A program made the position numbers and the translations under genes. Of a stretch of DNA of 64,000 bases, positions 9,173-18,823 are shown one piece after another (the first letter of the stretch is position 1; every line of letters begins with the position of its first letter). The DNA lies in the NCBI GenBank assembly GCA_965218435.1, contig CBDCKW010000009.1, forward strand, positions 1,152,001 to 1,216,000, in the 5' to 3' direction. Source of the DNA: Truepera sp. Its GTDB lineage: Bacteria; Deinococcota; Deinococci; Deinococcales; Trueperaceae. A model generated the notes under the pieces. The model did no database searches. It was given only the letters and a program-made list of their open reading frames with translations, and was not told where the DNA came from.

Positions 9173-10861
9173 ATGAAAAAAATGTATCTCGTGCTTGTGA
9201 CCGCCGCGGCGATAGGCGTGTCTTTGGTTTACGCTCAAAACGGCGAAAGCCTTTACAGACAGTGCGCGGCGTGTCACGGCACCCAGGGTGGCGGGGGCAG
9301 CGGTCCTGCCTTAGCGGGAGATCAACATCTCAAAAAAGCCCCTTACGTCATCAACCAGATTTTGCACGGTGGGGGTGGAATGCCTGCCTACGATTCGTTG
9401 TCGAACGCTGAAGTCGCGGCGGTGGCGAGCTATATCCGCTCGAGCTTCGGCAACAGCTACGGCAAGGTGAGCGCCAAACAGGTCGCCGCGCAGCGTGGTG
9501 GTGAGTCACAAGCTCAGCAAACCCAGCCTCAGAGCCAGTCGGCTACGCAAAAACAGGCAAGTTCAGCTCAGGACTCAGCACAAAAAACAGCACAAAAAAC
9601 GTCATCGCCCTTGGCTGCAACCAAAGCGGTTCAGCTCGAGGTTCCCAGCGAGATGGCGACGCCACCTTTTGACACCACGCGTACGCTCAACGTCCCCCAA
9701 GGCTTTAGCATTTCGGTTTACGCCCGCATTCCGAACGCCCGCTTTATGACGCTGACGCCTGAAGGCGACCTGCTCGTCTCGCAACCTGACCAGGGGAAAG
9801 TTTCGCGTGTGGTTGCAGGGAAGGGTGGAAACGCGACCGTCTCCGACTTTTTAACCGGACTGACCCGCCCTCATGATCTGGTCTTTCACCAGCTGAACGG
9901 TAAGACGTATCTGTTCGTCGCCGAAAGCGATCAGATTTCACGCTTTACCTATCAGAACGGTAACGCTACGAACGAGCAGGTGGTGGTCGCAGGCTTGCCC
10001 GACGCCGACCCGTACCGGCATCCGCTCAAATCTTTGGCGATTGACAGCAGCGGGACGCTCTACACGATGATCGCCTCGTCAACCAACGCCGGACCTGAAG
10101 ATTTAGCCGACGACCCCAAACGCGGCGCAATCTACACTTTTGACGCCAGCGCCACGGACGTAGACGCCACGGCGGGAGAACTGTTCGCTCAGGGACTGCG
10201 GAACGCTGAAGGGTTGGGGTTCGTGCCCGGTACCAACGAGCTGTGGGCTGTGATCAACGACCGCGACCAGATCGCCTACCCCTTTCACCGAGACTTTGAC
10301 GGCGACGGTTCGGACGATTACGGCAAGGTGCTCCAGAGCTACGTGGACAACCATCCGCCCGATGAGTTTACCCGGGTCGTTAAAGGCGGCAACTACGGCT
10401 GGCCTTTTTGTAATCCGTATCCCGATACTAAAAATAGCTACAACGACATACCCTTTAACCGCGATGTGGAGACCAATCCTAACGGGCAGCAACTCAACTG
10501 CAACCGAGCTGACCGGATCAACCGGGGGATTCAGGCGCATTCGGCCCCTCTAGGTCTGCTGTTTTTGCAACATACGGCGTTTCCGGGCGCGTATCAGGGC
10601 GCAGTGACGCCGCTGCACGGCTCGTGGAACCGCGACGTGCCGACCGGGTACAAGGTCGTTTACTTTCCCTGGCAAAACGGCGCACCAGGCGAGCAGCTTG
10701 ACCTCGTAACGGGTTGGCTGCCTGAGAACGCTCAAAACGGTGAGGCTTGGGGGCGTCCGGTAGATGCCGCTGTAGACGCGCAGGGCAACCTGTTTATCTC
10801 GGACGACTCGAGCGGCACCGTCTATAAGCTCAGTCCGGAAACCCAGAGCGCAAGCAACTAA
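9173..10861 (+). CDS. Secreted cytochrome c fused to a glucose/sorbosone dehydrogenase-type beta-propeller
   Basis: RBS AAGGAG; signal peptide; CAACH heme motif, GGMP; Q/S/T-rich linker; GLRNAEG, NYGWP, AHSAPLG, HGSWNR, GRPVD. Confidence 0.85.
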   Translation: MKKMYLVLVTAAAIGVSLVYAQNGESLYRQCAACHGTQGGGGSGPALAGDQHLKKAPYVINQILHGGGGMPAYDSLSNAEVAAVASYIRSSFGNSYGKVSAKQVAAQRGGESQAQQTQPQSQSATQKQASSAQDSAQKTAQKTSSPLAATKAVQLEVPSEMATPPFDTTRTLNVPQGFSISVYARIPNARFMTLTPEGDLLVSQPDQGKVSRVVAGKGGNATVSDFLTGLTRPHDLVFHQLNGKTYLFVAESDQISRFTYQNGNATNEQVVVAGLPDADPYRHPLKSLAIDSSGTLYTMIASSTNAGPEDLADDPKRGAIYTFDASATDVDATAGELFAQGLRNAEGLGFVPGTNELWAVINDRDQIAYPFHRDFDGDGSDDYGKVLQSYVDNHPPDEFTRVVKGGNYGWPFCNPYPDTKNSYNDIPFNRDVETNPNGQQLNCNRADRINRGIQAHSAPLGLLFLQHTAFPGAYQGAVTPLHGSWNRDVPTGYKVVYFPWQNGAPGEQLDLVTGWLPENAQNGEAWGRPVDAAVDAQGNLFISDDSSGTVYKLSPETQSASN

Positions 10862-10881
10862 ACGCGTCCTAAACTTATTTG

Positions 10882-10905
10882 GGGGCCAACGTTTAAGTTG
10901 GCCCC
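10882..10905 (+). terminator. Stem-loop, probable terminator
   Basis: GGGGCCAAC...GTTGGCCCC about 20 nt after the stop codon. Confidence 0.65.
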
Positions 10906-11099
10906 AAGTATTTTCCAATATTTGGGCTGCACTACGTGTTGTTGTGAAGCTTTGTAAAGCTGGGTGCTAATAAGAACAGCCTCGAGTTGCGCCCTTTAGG
11001 TTCTCATACCGTCTAAAAAACTGTGAAACGTCCGGGAAGGTGCCGCTGACGTTGATGTACGATGACCTCGAGACTACTTGAGATTGTCAAGGAGGAGTT

Positions 11100-12044
11100 A
11101 TGGCGCTAGACGACATCTTGATCTTCGGCGGTTCAGGCAGCCCTAAACTCACCCGGCAGATCGCTCACTACTTGGGACTCGAGCCGGGTCTAGGCGAAGT
11201 CTTGCGGTTTTCTGAAGGGACGTTGTTCGTGCGGATTTTGGAGAACGTCCGGGGCCGCCACATCTACCTCGTGCAGTCTACGGCGTTTCCTGCCAACGAC
11301 AACTTTATGGAACTGCTCTTTTGGGTTGACGCGTTTCGGCGGGCGAGCGCCGAGTCGGTGACCGTCTTGATGCCCTACTTCAGCTACGCCAAAGGCGACA
11401 AAAAGGACGAACCGCGCGTCTCGATTCGTGCCCGCGTCTGCGCGGACGCCATTGAAGCAGCGGGAGCCGACCGCGTAGTCACGCTCGACCTGCACGCCCC
11501 GCAGATTCAGGGATTTTTCAAGCTTCCGGTAGACGACCTCTACGCGCTGCCGGTATTGGGTGAGGCGGTCCAAAAGTTGCAACTGCCCGACCTGGTGGTG
11601 GTTTCACCCGATGCCGGGTTCGTCAAAAAAGCGCGGCAGTACGCCTCACTCCTGGGCGCGTCGCTGGCCATTGGGGATAAAGAACGTAAAACTCACGATG
11701 AGAGTGCCGAAGTGCTCGAGCTTATCGGCAACGTCTCCGGTAAAACGGCGCTCCTCGTTGACGACGTGCTGCTTTCCGGCGGGACGCTCGTCGAGATGGC
11801 GGCCAAGCTGTTAGAGGCAGGCGCGCGCGAGGTCTACGCGGCGGTGACGCACGGCGCGATTTCTGAGCGGTCACTAGGGCGGCTGACTGACAGCCCCATC
11901 CGTAAGCTCTTCATCACCGACTCTATCGAAACGCAACCTGTGGCGTTACCCGAAATCGTCGAGGTCGTTTCGGTTGCCCCACTTTTTGGCGAGGCCATCC
12001 GGCGGATTCACGATAAAGAGAGTATCAGCGTGCTGTTTCAGTAG
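11100..12044 (+). CDS. prs: Ribose-phosphate pyrophosphokinase
   Basis: ENVRG, PYFSYA, DLHAPQIQGFF, VSPDAG, LVDD..SGGTL. Confidence 0.9.
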   Translation: MALDDILIFGGSGSPKLTRQIAHYLGLEPGLGEVLRFSEGTLFVRILENVRGRHIYLVQSTAFPANDNFMELLFWVDAFRRASAESVTVLMPYFSYAKGDKKDEPRVSIRARVCADAIEAAGADRVVTLDLHAPQIQGFFKLPVDDLYALPVLGEAVQKLQLPDLVVVSPDAGFVKKARQYASLLGASLAIGDKERKTHDESAEVLELIGNVSGKTALLVDDVLLSGGTLVEMAAKLLEAGAREVYAAVTHGAISERSLGRLTDSPIRKLFITDSIETQPVALPEIVEVVSVAPLFGEAIRRIHDKESISVLFQ

Positions 12045-12056
12045 GTTGGGAAGGTT

Positions 12057-12137
12057 TAGGTTCTAAACAGCACATCTTCACGCCGAAAACTGCGTAACGC
12101 AAACCAGAGCAGCAGCGCCGCGAGTAAGAGGCTCGAG
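12057..12137 (-). repeat. Orphan copy of the last 81 bp of the ABC permease gene (direct repeat of 12969-13049)
   Basis: 77/81 identical; all 4 mismatches synonymous; identity ends at CTCGAG. Confidence 0.95.
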
Positions 12138-12152
12138 CCCGTTGTGCTGGCG

Positions 12153-12644
12153 TTAAGCTCGAGTGGTCGCTCGTCGTTCCGGCTTGGGTGCTGCTTCGGG
12201 TGCTGCAAAACTAACTCTCAGCTCAGTACCTAAAACCTCCGCAACGCGGTTTAAGGTCTTAACCGAATGGCCCCAATAAAACGGATTGGTCAGCCTGCTT
12301 ACGACCGAACGAGAGGTGCCCAACCGCTTGGCAAGTTCGCTCGGTTTGACGCCGAGTTGCTCGAGTTCTGCTGCCAGCGTAAGTGAAACCGGGTTGAGTG
12401 GCGCAGGTTCGACGTAAACGACCATACTGCCCGCTTCATAGTTAGACAGGTCAATGTCCACGTCGTCTAGCGGAGCTGGTGGCGTTTCGTTACGTTCGGC
12501 GTAGCTGTGCAGCTCGAGCGCAAGTTGTTCAGCCATCAAGCGCCCTAGTTCAGCGCGGTTATTTGCAGTTGCCAGCGTTGCAAATTGAACCGCGCTAGCT
12601 GCTAGGTTAAGCCTAGCGGGTTCGATGACGAAGGGATATTTCAT
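12153..12644 (-). CDS. hicB: HicB-like antitoxin with C-terminal XRE HTH
   Basis: MKYPFVIE start, ETPPAP, C-terminal HTH (SELAKRLGTSRSVVSRL); follows hicA. Confidence 0.75.
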   Translation of the reverse strand: MKYPFVIEPARLNLAASAVQFATLATANNRAELGRLMAEQLALELHSYAERNETPPAPLDDVDIDLSNYEAGSMVVYVEPAPLNPVSLTLAAELEQLGVKPSELAKRLGTSRSVVSRLTNPFYWGHSVKTLNRVAEVLGTELRVSFAAPEAAPKPERRATTRA

Positions 12645-12675
12645 CTTTTCCTTTCTGCTGTGGTGTCCTAAAACG

Positions 12676-12867
12676 TTATTTAAGGCCAGCTTCTTTGAGA
12701 ATCTTGTTTAGCGTCCCTTTAGGTACCTCATCTGAAAGCTTGCCTGCAATGGGGATGGGGCGTCTTGCCCCCGGCCTGGTGTACTGCCGATGACTCCCCG
12801 TCTGCCGAGTCTGTGCCCAACCGCTCGCCTCGAGCAGCTGCAGCTTGATAAGGTCTTTTACCTTCAT
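12676..12867 (-). CDS. hicA: HicA family toxin (mRNA interferase)
   Basis: MKVKDLIK...GW...TGSHRQY...EVPKGTLNKILKEAGL, typical HicA with GSH motif. Confidence 0.9.
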   Translation of the reverse strand: MKVKDLIKLQLLEASGWAQTRQTGSHRQYTRPGARRPIPIAGKLSDEVPKGTLNKILKEAGLK

Positions 12868-12893
12868 AGCGCATGGTAACAACGATACCACAT

Positions 12894-12911
12894 GTTAGCA
12901 AAATTGCTAAC
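12894..12911. promoter_or_regulatory. Palindromic operator upstream of hicAB
   Basis: GTTAGCAA-aa-TTGCTAAC perfect inverted repeat. Confidence 0.7.
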
Positions 12912-12967
12912 TGTTCGCCAATTGTCTGCCAATTGTCAGCTACCGAGTACGGACTGATATGTGTTCG

Positions 12968-14191
12968 CTAGGTTCTAAATAGCACATCTTCACGCCTAAA
13001 ACTCCGTAAGGCAAACCAGAGCAGCAGCGCCGCGAGTAAGAGGCTCGAGGCCCACGCCCACACTGCCAACTGCGGGTCGAAAGCTCCCTTTACGGTGTCG
13101 TTCATTAAGAGGAGTGTGCCGAACGCGGGAAGCGCGTAGACGACCGGACTCGAGCCGAAAAAGTCTGAAAACTGCAAACTCACGACCGGCAACACCAACA
13201 CAAGCGCGAGCGGTGCGACGTAGCTCTGCGCTTCTTTGAAAGAGCGGGCGAAAAGCGTGATGGCGATGAGCAGCGCCGCGACGAGCGCCGCTAACAGCAG
13301 GGCGCTCACCAGCAGGGCGAAAAGTTCACTCGGACGAACCCGCAACGTGCCGCCGAGACCTTGGGCGATGCCCCCCGCACTGCCACTTAACCGCCCCCCA
13401 AATGTGGCGCTTAAGAGCCATCCGCTTCCTAAGAACCCGACCAGCGCTACCGACGCCGCGCTCAGGCCGAACAGCAGGGTTGCTAGAAACTTCCCGACGA
13501 CGACTTCCGAGCGCCGCACCGGAGCTACAAGGAGCGCCTCAAGCGTGCCACGTTCTTTTTCCCCGGCTGTCGCGTCAATGGCCACCATCTGCCCGCCGGT
13601 CAGCGTCCAGATCATTACGAAAAAGGGAATTAACCAGCCGAGTGAGCCGCTCGCACGCTCCGCCGGGGTGCTTGCGTCGCGGGTCTCGAGCCGAATCGGA
13701 GTAAGGACTTCGGGAACCAATCCGGCCCGCTCAATCCGCTGCCGTACCAGCGACTTCTGAAAGGTTTCAACCGCTCCGGTGAGCTTTTCGTTCAAGAGTT
13801 CGTCGCGTAAGCCGCCGCTTTTACGGTAAAGCACGAGCGGCGCGGTGCCCTCGCGCAGGTTTACGGCAAAACCTTGCGGTACCCTAAAGGCACCTTTGAC
13901 CTCTTCTGTGCGCACGGCCGCTTCAGCGTCCTTGACAGAAATCAGCTCAATGTTTTTACGTTTTAAGGTCTGGACAAACGCTGGCGGCAAGCGTTCCAAC
14001 CCTTCAGCCCCGACCGTCGTACTCTGCAGCGCCTCGCGGCCGAACAGCCCGCCGAGGAGCAGCGGCAAACCGAGCATCACGAGCGGCAACACCACGAGTG
14101 GAATCAGCAAGTTGGCGAGCACGGCGCGGTGGTCTCTTAGGGTCGCTAAAACTTCGCGGTGCGCGACGGCCCAGACGAGTCCGGGCCTCAC
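12968..14191 (-). CDS. ABC-2 type permease (NatB-like)
   Basis: AIDATAGEKERGTLEALL, ARSFKEAQSY, multiple TM helices. Confidence 0.9.
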   Translation of the reverse strand: MRPGLVWAVAHREVLATLRDHRAVLANLLIPLVVLPLVMLGLPLLLGGLFGREALQSTTVGAEGLERLPPAFVQTLKRKNIELISVKDAEAAVRTEEVKGAFRVPQGFAVNLREGTAPLVLYRKSGGLRDELLNEKLTGAVETFQKSLVRQRIERAGLVPEVLTPIRLETRDASTPAERASGSLGWLIPFFVMIWTLTGGQMVAIDATAGEKERGTLEALLVAPVRRSEVVVGKFLATLLFGLSAASVALVGFLGSGWLLSATFGGRLSGSAGGIAQGLGGTLRVRPSELFALLVSALLLAALVAALLIAITLFARSFKEAQSYVAPLALVLVLPVVSLQFSDFFGSSPVVYALPAFGTLLLMNDTVKGAFDPQLAVWAWASSLLLAALLLWFALRSFRREDVLFRT

Positions 14192-14946
14192 AGCTTGGCC
14201 TTTGGTGTAACCGTATCCGAGCGGCTCAAACTGCGTTCGACGAGGGTAAAGAAGGCGGTCTCGAGCCCCCGCGCCCCAGTCTCCTGAACGAGCTGCGCGG
14301 GCGTCCCTTGCGCGATCAGCGTCCCCTCATAGAGGATAGCAACGCGGCCGCACAGTTCTTCAACTTCGCTCATCACGTGCGTCGAGTAGAGCACGGTGCG
14401 CCCCGTCGCCGCATAGGTTTTGACAAATTCCAACACGCTCCGCCGCGCCATCACATCTAAGCCGCTGGTCGCTTCGTCAAAAAAGATGATCTCCGGGTCG
14501 TGCAGCACTGCGCGGGCGATCACAATTTTTTGCTTCATGCCGGTGGAAAAGTCGCCCGCACGTTTGTCGAGTGTGCCTGCTAACTCGAGCAGCATATCGA
14601 GTTCGCCGATCCGTACGTCTGTTTGAGTCCGTGTCAGGCCGTAAAGCCGCCCGAAGTAGCGGAGGATTTCCCGTCCGCTCAGGCGGTCGTAAAGGCCCAT
14701 CCCACCACTGACGACCCCGATCCGCCGCCGCACCGCTTCGGGGTCTTTGAGCACATCGAAACCGCCGACCTCCGCGCACCCTTCGGTAGGGGAGAGCAGC
14801 GTCGCTAAAATACGCAGCGTCGTCGTTTTCCCCGCACCGTTCGGGCCGAGGAGCCCGAAAACTTCACCGGGAGAGACAGAGAACGACACGCCGCGGAGTA
14901 CGGTCGTCTCGTCAAAGGTTTTACCTAAAGCTTCGACCACAATCAT
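14188..14946 (-). CDS. ABC transporter ATP-binding protein (NatA-like)
   Basis: GPNGAGKTT, FSTGMKQK, FFDE; leaderless TATGAT 6 nt before ATG 14946. Confidence 0.92.
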   Translation of the reverse strand: MIVVEALGKTFDETTVLRGVSFSVSPGEVFGLLGPNGAGKTTTLRILATLLSPTEGCAEVGGFDVLKDPEAVRRRIGVVSGGMGLYDRLSGREILRYFGRLYGLTRTQTDVRIGELDMLLELAGTLDKRAGDFSTGMKQKIVIARAVLHDPEIIFFDEATSGLDVMARRSVLEFVKTYAATGRTVLYSTHVMSEVEELCGRVAILYEGTLIAQGTPAQLVQETGARGLETAFFTLVERSLSRSDTVTPKAKL

Positions 14947-15030
14947 CTCTGCATCATAGGGCGCACCGGGCCGCCTGAAGTTACGCACTTTCACGTCTGC
15001 GGCACTTCCGCCGCAACCTTATGACGGCGC

Positions 15031-15816
15031 GTGTATCATAGGGCCGTGCCCGAGCATGAGTTTGCCGCCCTCGACAGCCTGCAGCTGCTTCCGCGTCTGC
15101 TGCACCGGGTGAGTGACCCCGATACGCGGTTGACGCTCCTGGGCCGCGACCTCGCCGCGCCGCTTTTGCCCCTTGCAGACTTGCCGAGTCCGGGGACAGA
15201 AACCCTCAGTTTGGTAGAAGCTGAGACCCTGCTTGCCCAAGACGGCGAGTTTCCGGCCGTTTTGCCCCTCTTAAAACCGGAAAAGATGGGCGTGCTGATG
15301 CCCAAACTTAAAAAGTTGGTAGCGCGTGGGGTGCCAGGATTAGTCCTCGACCTGAGCGCGTTCGCCGAGTCACCGCCGTACGGCGGGCTCGAGTGGCACC
15401 CGCGTACCCGTGAAGATTTGGCCGAACTCCGCGCCGCTGCCGGGGTTTCCTTGTGGCTCTACGGCGTGTGTAGCGTGCCTGACGCCGAAGTCGCCAGCGA
15501 AGCGGGACTCGAGGGTGTCGTGGTCAATACCGGAGCCGGAGTGTTTCTGGGCGCACCGGCAACAGCTGAGGTGTTCCCCGACATCTTAGACGCCGTAGCC
15601 GGAACGATTTCTGTATATGCGGGCGGGCCGATACGGAGCGGCATTGACGTGTTTCGCTACCTTGCCCTCGGAGCCGAAGCCGTCGTGGTAGATACCGACC
15701 GCTCGCCGCTTAACCTCCGCGCCGAACTCGCCTACGCGATGCGTTTAACCGGCTGTGCGACGCTCGCCGACATCTCGTACGAAGCGATCTTTGCGCCGCT
15801 TTTTAGTGAGCTTTAG
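15031..15816 (+). CDS. Degenerate FMN-dependent alpha-hydroxy-acid dehydrogenase family protein
   Basis: LLPRLLHRVS..DTRLTLLG, GPIRSGIDVFRYLALGAEAV, AMRLTGC; catalytic NHGGR absent. Confidence 0.7.
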   Translation: MYHRAVPEHEFAALDSLQLLPRLLHRVSDPDTRLTLLGRDLAAPLLPLADLPSPGTETLSLVEAETLLAQDGEFPAVLPLLKPEKMGVLMPKLKKLVARGVPGLVLDLSAFAESPPYGGLEWHPRTREDLAELRAAAGVSLWLYGVCSVPDAEVASEAGLEGVVVNTGAGVFLGAPATAEVFPDILDAVAGTISVYAGGPIRSGIDVFRYLALGAEAVVVDTDRSPLNLRAELAYAMRLTGCATLADISYEAIFAPLFSEL

Positions 15817-16106
15817 CCGAGTGGTTCGATCTCTAAAAGGCGACCCTCGAGGTTCCCGACAATACACGCTTGTAACTGTTCGGTAACGGTCGGTTCGACG
15901 AAGTTACCAAATTTAGGCATCGGAAACTGCTGTGCGGTCTTAGCTGCTTGCTCGATTTGCGTTACACAAGCTGCGATAGCCTTTGCAATCTGCGCCTCGG
16001 AATAGGTCGACTTCCCCTCCGGGGTATACGTCTGCGCTGCCGCGACGCCACAAAAAAGCAAACTGCAGACAAAGCTGCCTAAAACAATTCTCGCCGTACG
16101 TTTCAT
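15813..16106 (-). CDS. Small secreted hypothetical protein
   Basis: Signal peptide ending AAAQ; RBS GGAGAG; two Cys in the mature part. Confidence 0.65.
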   Translation of the reverse strand: MKRTARIVLGSFVCSLLFCGVAAAQTYTPEGKSTYSEAQIAKAIAACVTQIEQAAKTAQQFPMPKFGNFVEPTVTEQLQACIVGNLEGRLLEIEPLG

Positions 16107-16190
16107 CTTCGGCTCCTCTCCCGTATAAAGTTAAGGTGCCGAAATTATAGACGATGGCTGCCGGTCTTGGATTAGAAGAGTACCGACAAC

Positions 16191-17345
16191 TTAGGAACTC
16201 AAACCGCGTGACGCCCCCACCAACCGCGCAAAGCCTACGACGAGCCCGAGGGCCGCCGCCACGACGCCTAAAGCCCCCGCGAGCGTGATAAGTTCTGCCA
16301 GCAAGCCGATCACCGGTGGCCCCGCCAACCAACCCAGATAGCCGAGCGTCGCAACAGCGGCAATGCCCGTACCGGGCGCGACGCTGGGCGTTCGCCCAGC
16401 TGCGCTAAATAAAACCGGCACCAGATTAGCGAGTCCTAGGCCGACGCAGCCGAAGCCGACGATGGCGGCCAGTGGGTTGCCAAAAAGCAGAGAAAGCCCG
16501 AGCCCGACCCCGGCGACCGCCGCACCTAAACGCACTGTGGTGACCGGCCCGAGCCAGCCTACTAAGCGGTCGCCGCTCAAACGCCCGAGCGCCATCATCA
16601 AAGAGAATGCGGCGAAGCCTGCAGCGGCCAAGCCCGCGCCCGTACCTAAGACGTTGCGCAGATAGACGGCGCTCCAGTCGGCCATTGATCCTTCGCCGAC
16701 AAACACGACGAACGCTAAAAGACCCAACCCGAGTAGAGAACCCTTCGGTAAGACAAACGCGGGACCTTCGTCGGTTGTTTTAGCAGCGTCAGGGAGAAGT
16801 TTACTCAAAACTGACACCCCCAAAACGCCGAAGACGAGCGCCGCTACAACGACGTGCAGCGGTGGACTGACCCCACTCGCTAAAGCCAAGCCGCCAAGTC
16901 CGGCTCCGACTAGGCCGCCCAAACTAAAAAAGCCGTGAAACGAAGACATGATGGGCTTGCCGTACCGCTCTTCGGCAATCACAGCCTGCGTATTCATCGA
17001 AACGTCCATCGCGCCATTGCAAAGACCGAAAAAAACGAGCGCGGCGACGAGCAGCCCGAAGTTCGGGGCAAAGATGGGGAGCGGTAGCGCCACACAAAAC
17101 GCGACGGTCGAGACGCTTGTAAGGGCGCGGCTGCTAAAGCGGGCGATCAGCCAACCCGAAAGCGTCAGGGATAAAACCGCGCCGACCGCAACGCCCAAAA
17201 GGGCGAGCCCGAGCAGCCCGTCGGACAACCCCAGTTTGTCTTGAACGAGCGGGATATGCGGCACCCAACTGGCAATCGTTGCGCCGTTGACAAAAAAGAT
17301 AGTGAGGACGGCCAGCCGAGCGGCTCGAGGGGGCGCGTGACTCAC
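16191..17345 (-). CDS. MFS transporter
   Basis: About 12 TM helices; DVSMNTQA, MSSFHGFFSLG, EGSMADWS. Confidence 0.9.
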   Translation of the reverse strand: MSHAPPRAARLAVLTIFFVNGATIASWVPHIPLVQDKLGLSDGLLGLALLGVAVGAVLSLTLSGWLIARFSSRALTSVSTVAFCVALPLPIFAPNFGLLVAALVFFGLCNGAMDVSMNTQAVIAEERYGKPIMSSFHGFFSLGGLVGAGLGGLALASGVSPPLHVVVAALVFGVLGVSVLSKLLPDAAKTTDEGPAFVLPKGSLLGLGLLAFVVFVGEGSMADWSAVYLRNVLGTGAGLAAAGFAAFSLMMALGRLSGDRLVGWLGPVTTVRLGAAVAGVGLGLSLLFGNPLAAIVGFGCVGLGLANLVPVLFSAAGRTPSVAPGTGIAAVATLGYLGWLAGPPVIGLLAELITLAGALGVVAAALGLVVGFARLVGASRGLSS

Positions 17346-17507
17346 AGGTTTACCGGTATTTCTTTGTAGATGAACATCTGCTACAGAATAACGCCTTATC
17401 TCGTATCCGGCTTCATAGCCGCTAAACCCTCGTTTTGCTCATGACGTGGCTGCTGAGGTTCATCAAGTTTATTGAGGAGAAAGCTACCTTAGGCTGTTCT
17501 TCTATGT

Positions 17508-17888
17508 CTAACGCTTAAGCCCCCGGAGCCGCGTCGCCGCCTCCGCCGCGCTGATGTCGCCGCGCTCGAGCAGCCCTAAAATGTCGGTGCGTTCCTCGCG
17601 GATTTCCTGGGTTTCAGGGGGCGACTCATAGCCGAGCGAACGGAGCATCCCGTCAAAGCGGCTGCGCACCGTCGGATACGACACGCCCAAAATCCGCTCG
17701 ACTTCTTTTAAGTTGCCGCGCACGCGCAGGAATAGCCGCATGAACTCGAGGTTTTCCGGGCTCAGCATGACGAATTCGTTGGGCGTAAAACGCCCTTCAA
17801 TCGCCACGCCGCTGGTGGGGCACTCGAGCCGGGTGACCTCTAACGGGTCGCCCGTGACCGGGCAACGGGTCGGCATCGGTAAACTCAC
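17508..17888 (-). CDS. DUF2089-family protein (Zn ribbon + HTH)
   Basis: CPVTG...LECP, GNLKEVERILGVSYPTVR, C-terminal LERGDISAAEA. Confidence 0.85.
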   Translation of the reverse strand: MSLPMPTRCPVTGDPLEVTRLECPTSGVAIEGRFTPNEFVMLSPENLEFMRLFLRVRGNLKEVERILGVSYPTVRSRFDGMLRSLGYESPPETQEIREERTDILGLLERGDISAAEAATRLRGLKR

Positions 17889-18823
17889 GCGTCACCTCTG
17901 ACTGTCACGTCACCCGCGGTCAGGCGCAGCTCGAGGCGGGCCTCACCCGCGCCTAGCGTGCCTTCAAAGTTTCCCCCGATAAAGCCGCCACTACGTGCAA
18001 AGTTCTTCGGCAGGCTCAGGTCGCCGCAGGTCGCGCTCCCCGAAACCGTCACCGAAGAGCCTGCCAAAAAGGTTACGTCAATGTCCCCCGAGGTCGCCCG
18101 CAAACGTTGGTCGCCCGTTCGGGGTCGCAGCTTCAGGGTAACGTCGCCAGCGGTCACTGTAAGGTCGAGGGTTTCGGCCTCTGAGAGCTCAAAATCGCCC
18201 CCGGTAAAGCTGCCTTTGACGGTTTTAACGCCCCGAACTTCGCCGTCACCCGCAGCGATGCGGAGGTCTAAGCCCACGTCGGCGGGAAGGCGCACATGAA
18301 CGTCTCCGGCAGCCTGATGAAGCTTTGTCAACCAGTTGCTCTCGCCTTTGGCCTGCGGTGGGGTACGGATGAGGTAGCCCCCTTCAGGGGTGCGCTCCAA
18401 GGTCGCCTTACCCGTAACCACCGGGCTGTTTAGCGACGCGTCGGCTTCGACCGAGAGGTCGCCGCAAAACCCGCTCAGCTTGACCCACTGCGTCTGCTGG
18501 GTTGTATCAGCAATTTTGGGACCGCGTGGGGGTTCGGGCGGGCCTGGCGGTAGGGCTGAGGTTGAAGGCGGCGGTTGTACCGGTTTTAGCTCGGTAAGTC
18601 CTAGCTCTTCGTCTGTCACATCCTGGCTCAGTGACGCGAGTTCCGTGAGTCCTAAAGGGTCATCGTTAGTAGATGAGTCAGTTGAAGCTTGTGGCGGTAT
18701 TGAGGGCGTCTCCTCTCTAACACTTTCTTCTCCTAGTGCAGCGAAAAGAATCTCGGCTTCGTCTTCGGTAATGCGGCCTGACTCGAGTAGGGCTTGGACA
18801 CGGGCTTGTTCGGCTTGGCTCAT
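17885..18823 (-). CDS. SHOCT-like N-terminus plus DUF4097-like beta-strand repeat protein
   Basis: LLESGRITEDEAEIL, Pro-rich linker, repeated xGDxxx strands; RBS AGGAG. Confidence 0.75.
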   Translation of the reverse strand: MSQAEQARVQALLESGRITEDEAEILFAALGEESVREETPSIPPQASTDSSTNDDPLGLTELASLSQDVTDEELGLTELKPVQPPPSTSALPPGPPEPPRGPKIADTTQQTQWVKLSGFCGDLSVEADASLNSPVVTGKATLERTPEGGYLIRTPPQAKGESNWLTKLHQAAGDVHVRLPADVGLDLRIAAGDGEVRGVKTVKGSFTGGDFELSEAETLDLTVTAGDVTLKLRPRTGDQRLRATSGDIDVTFLAGSSVTVSGSATCGDLSLPKNFARSGGFIGGNFEGTLGAGEARLELRLTAGDVTVRGDA

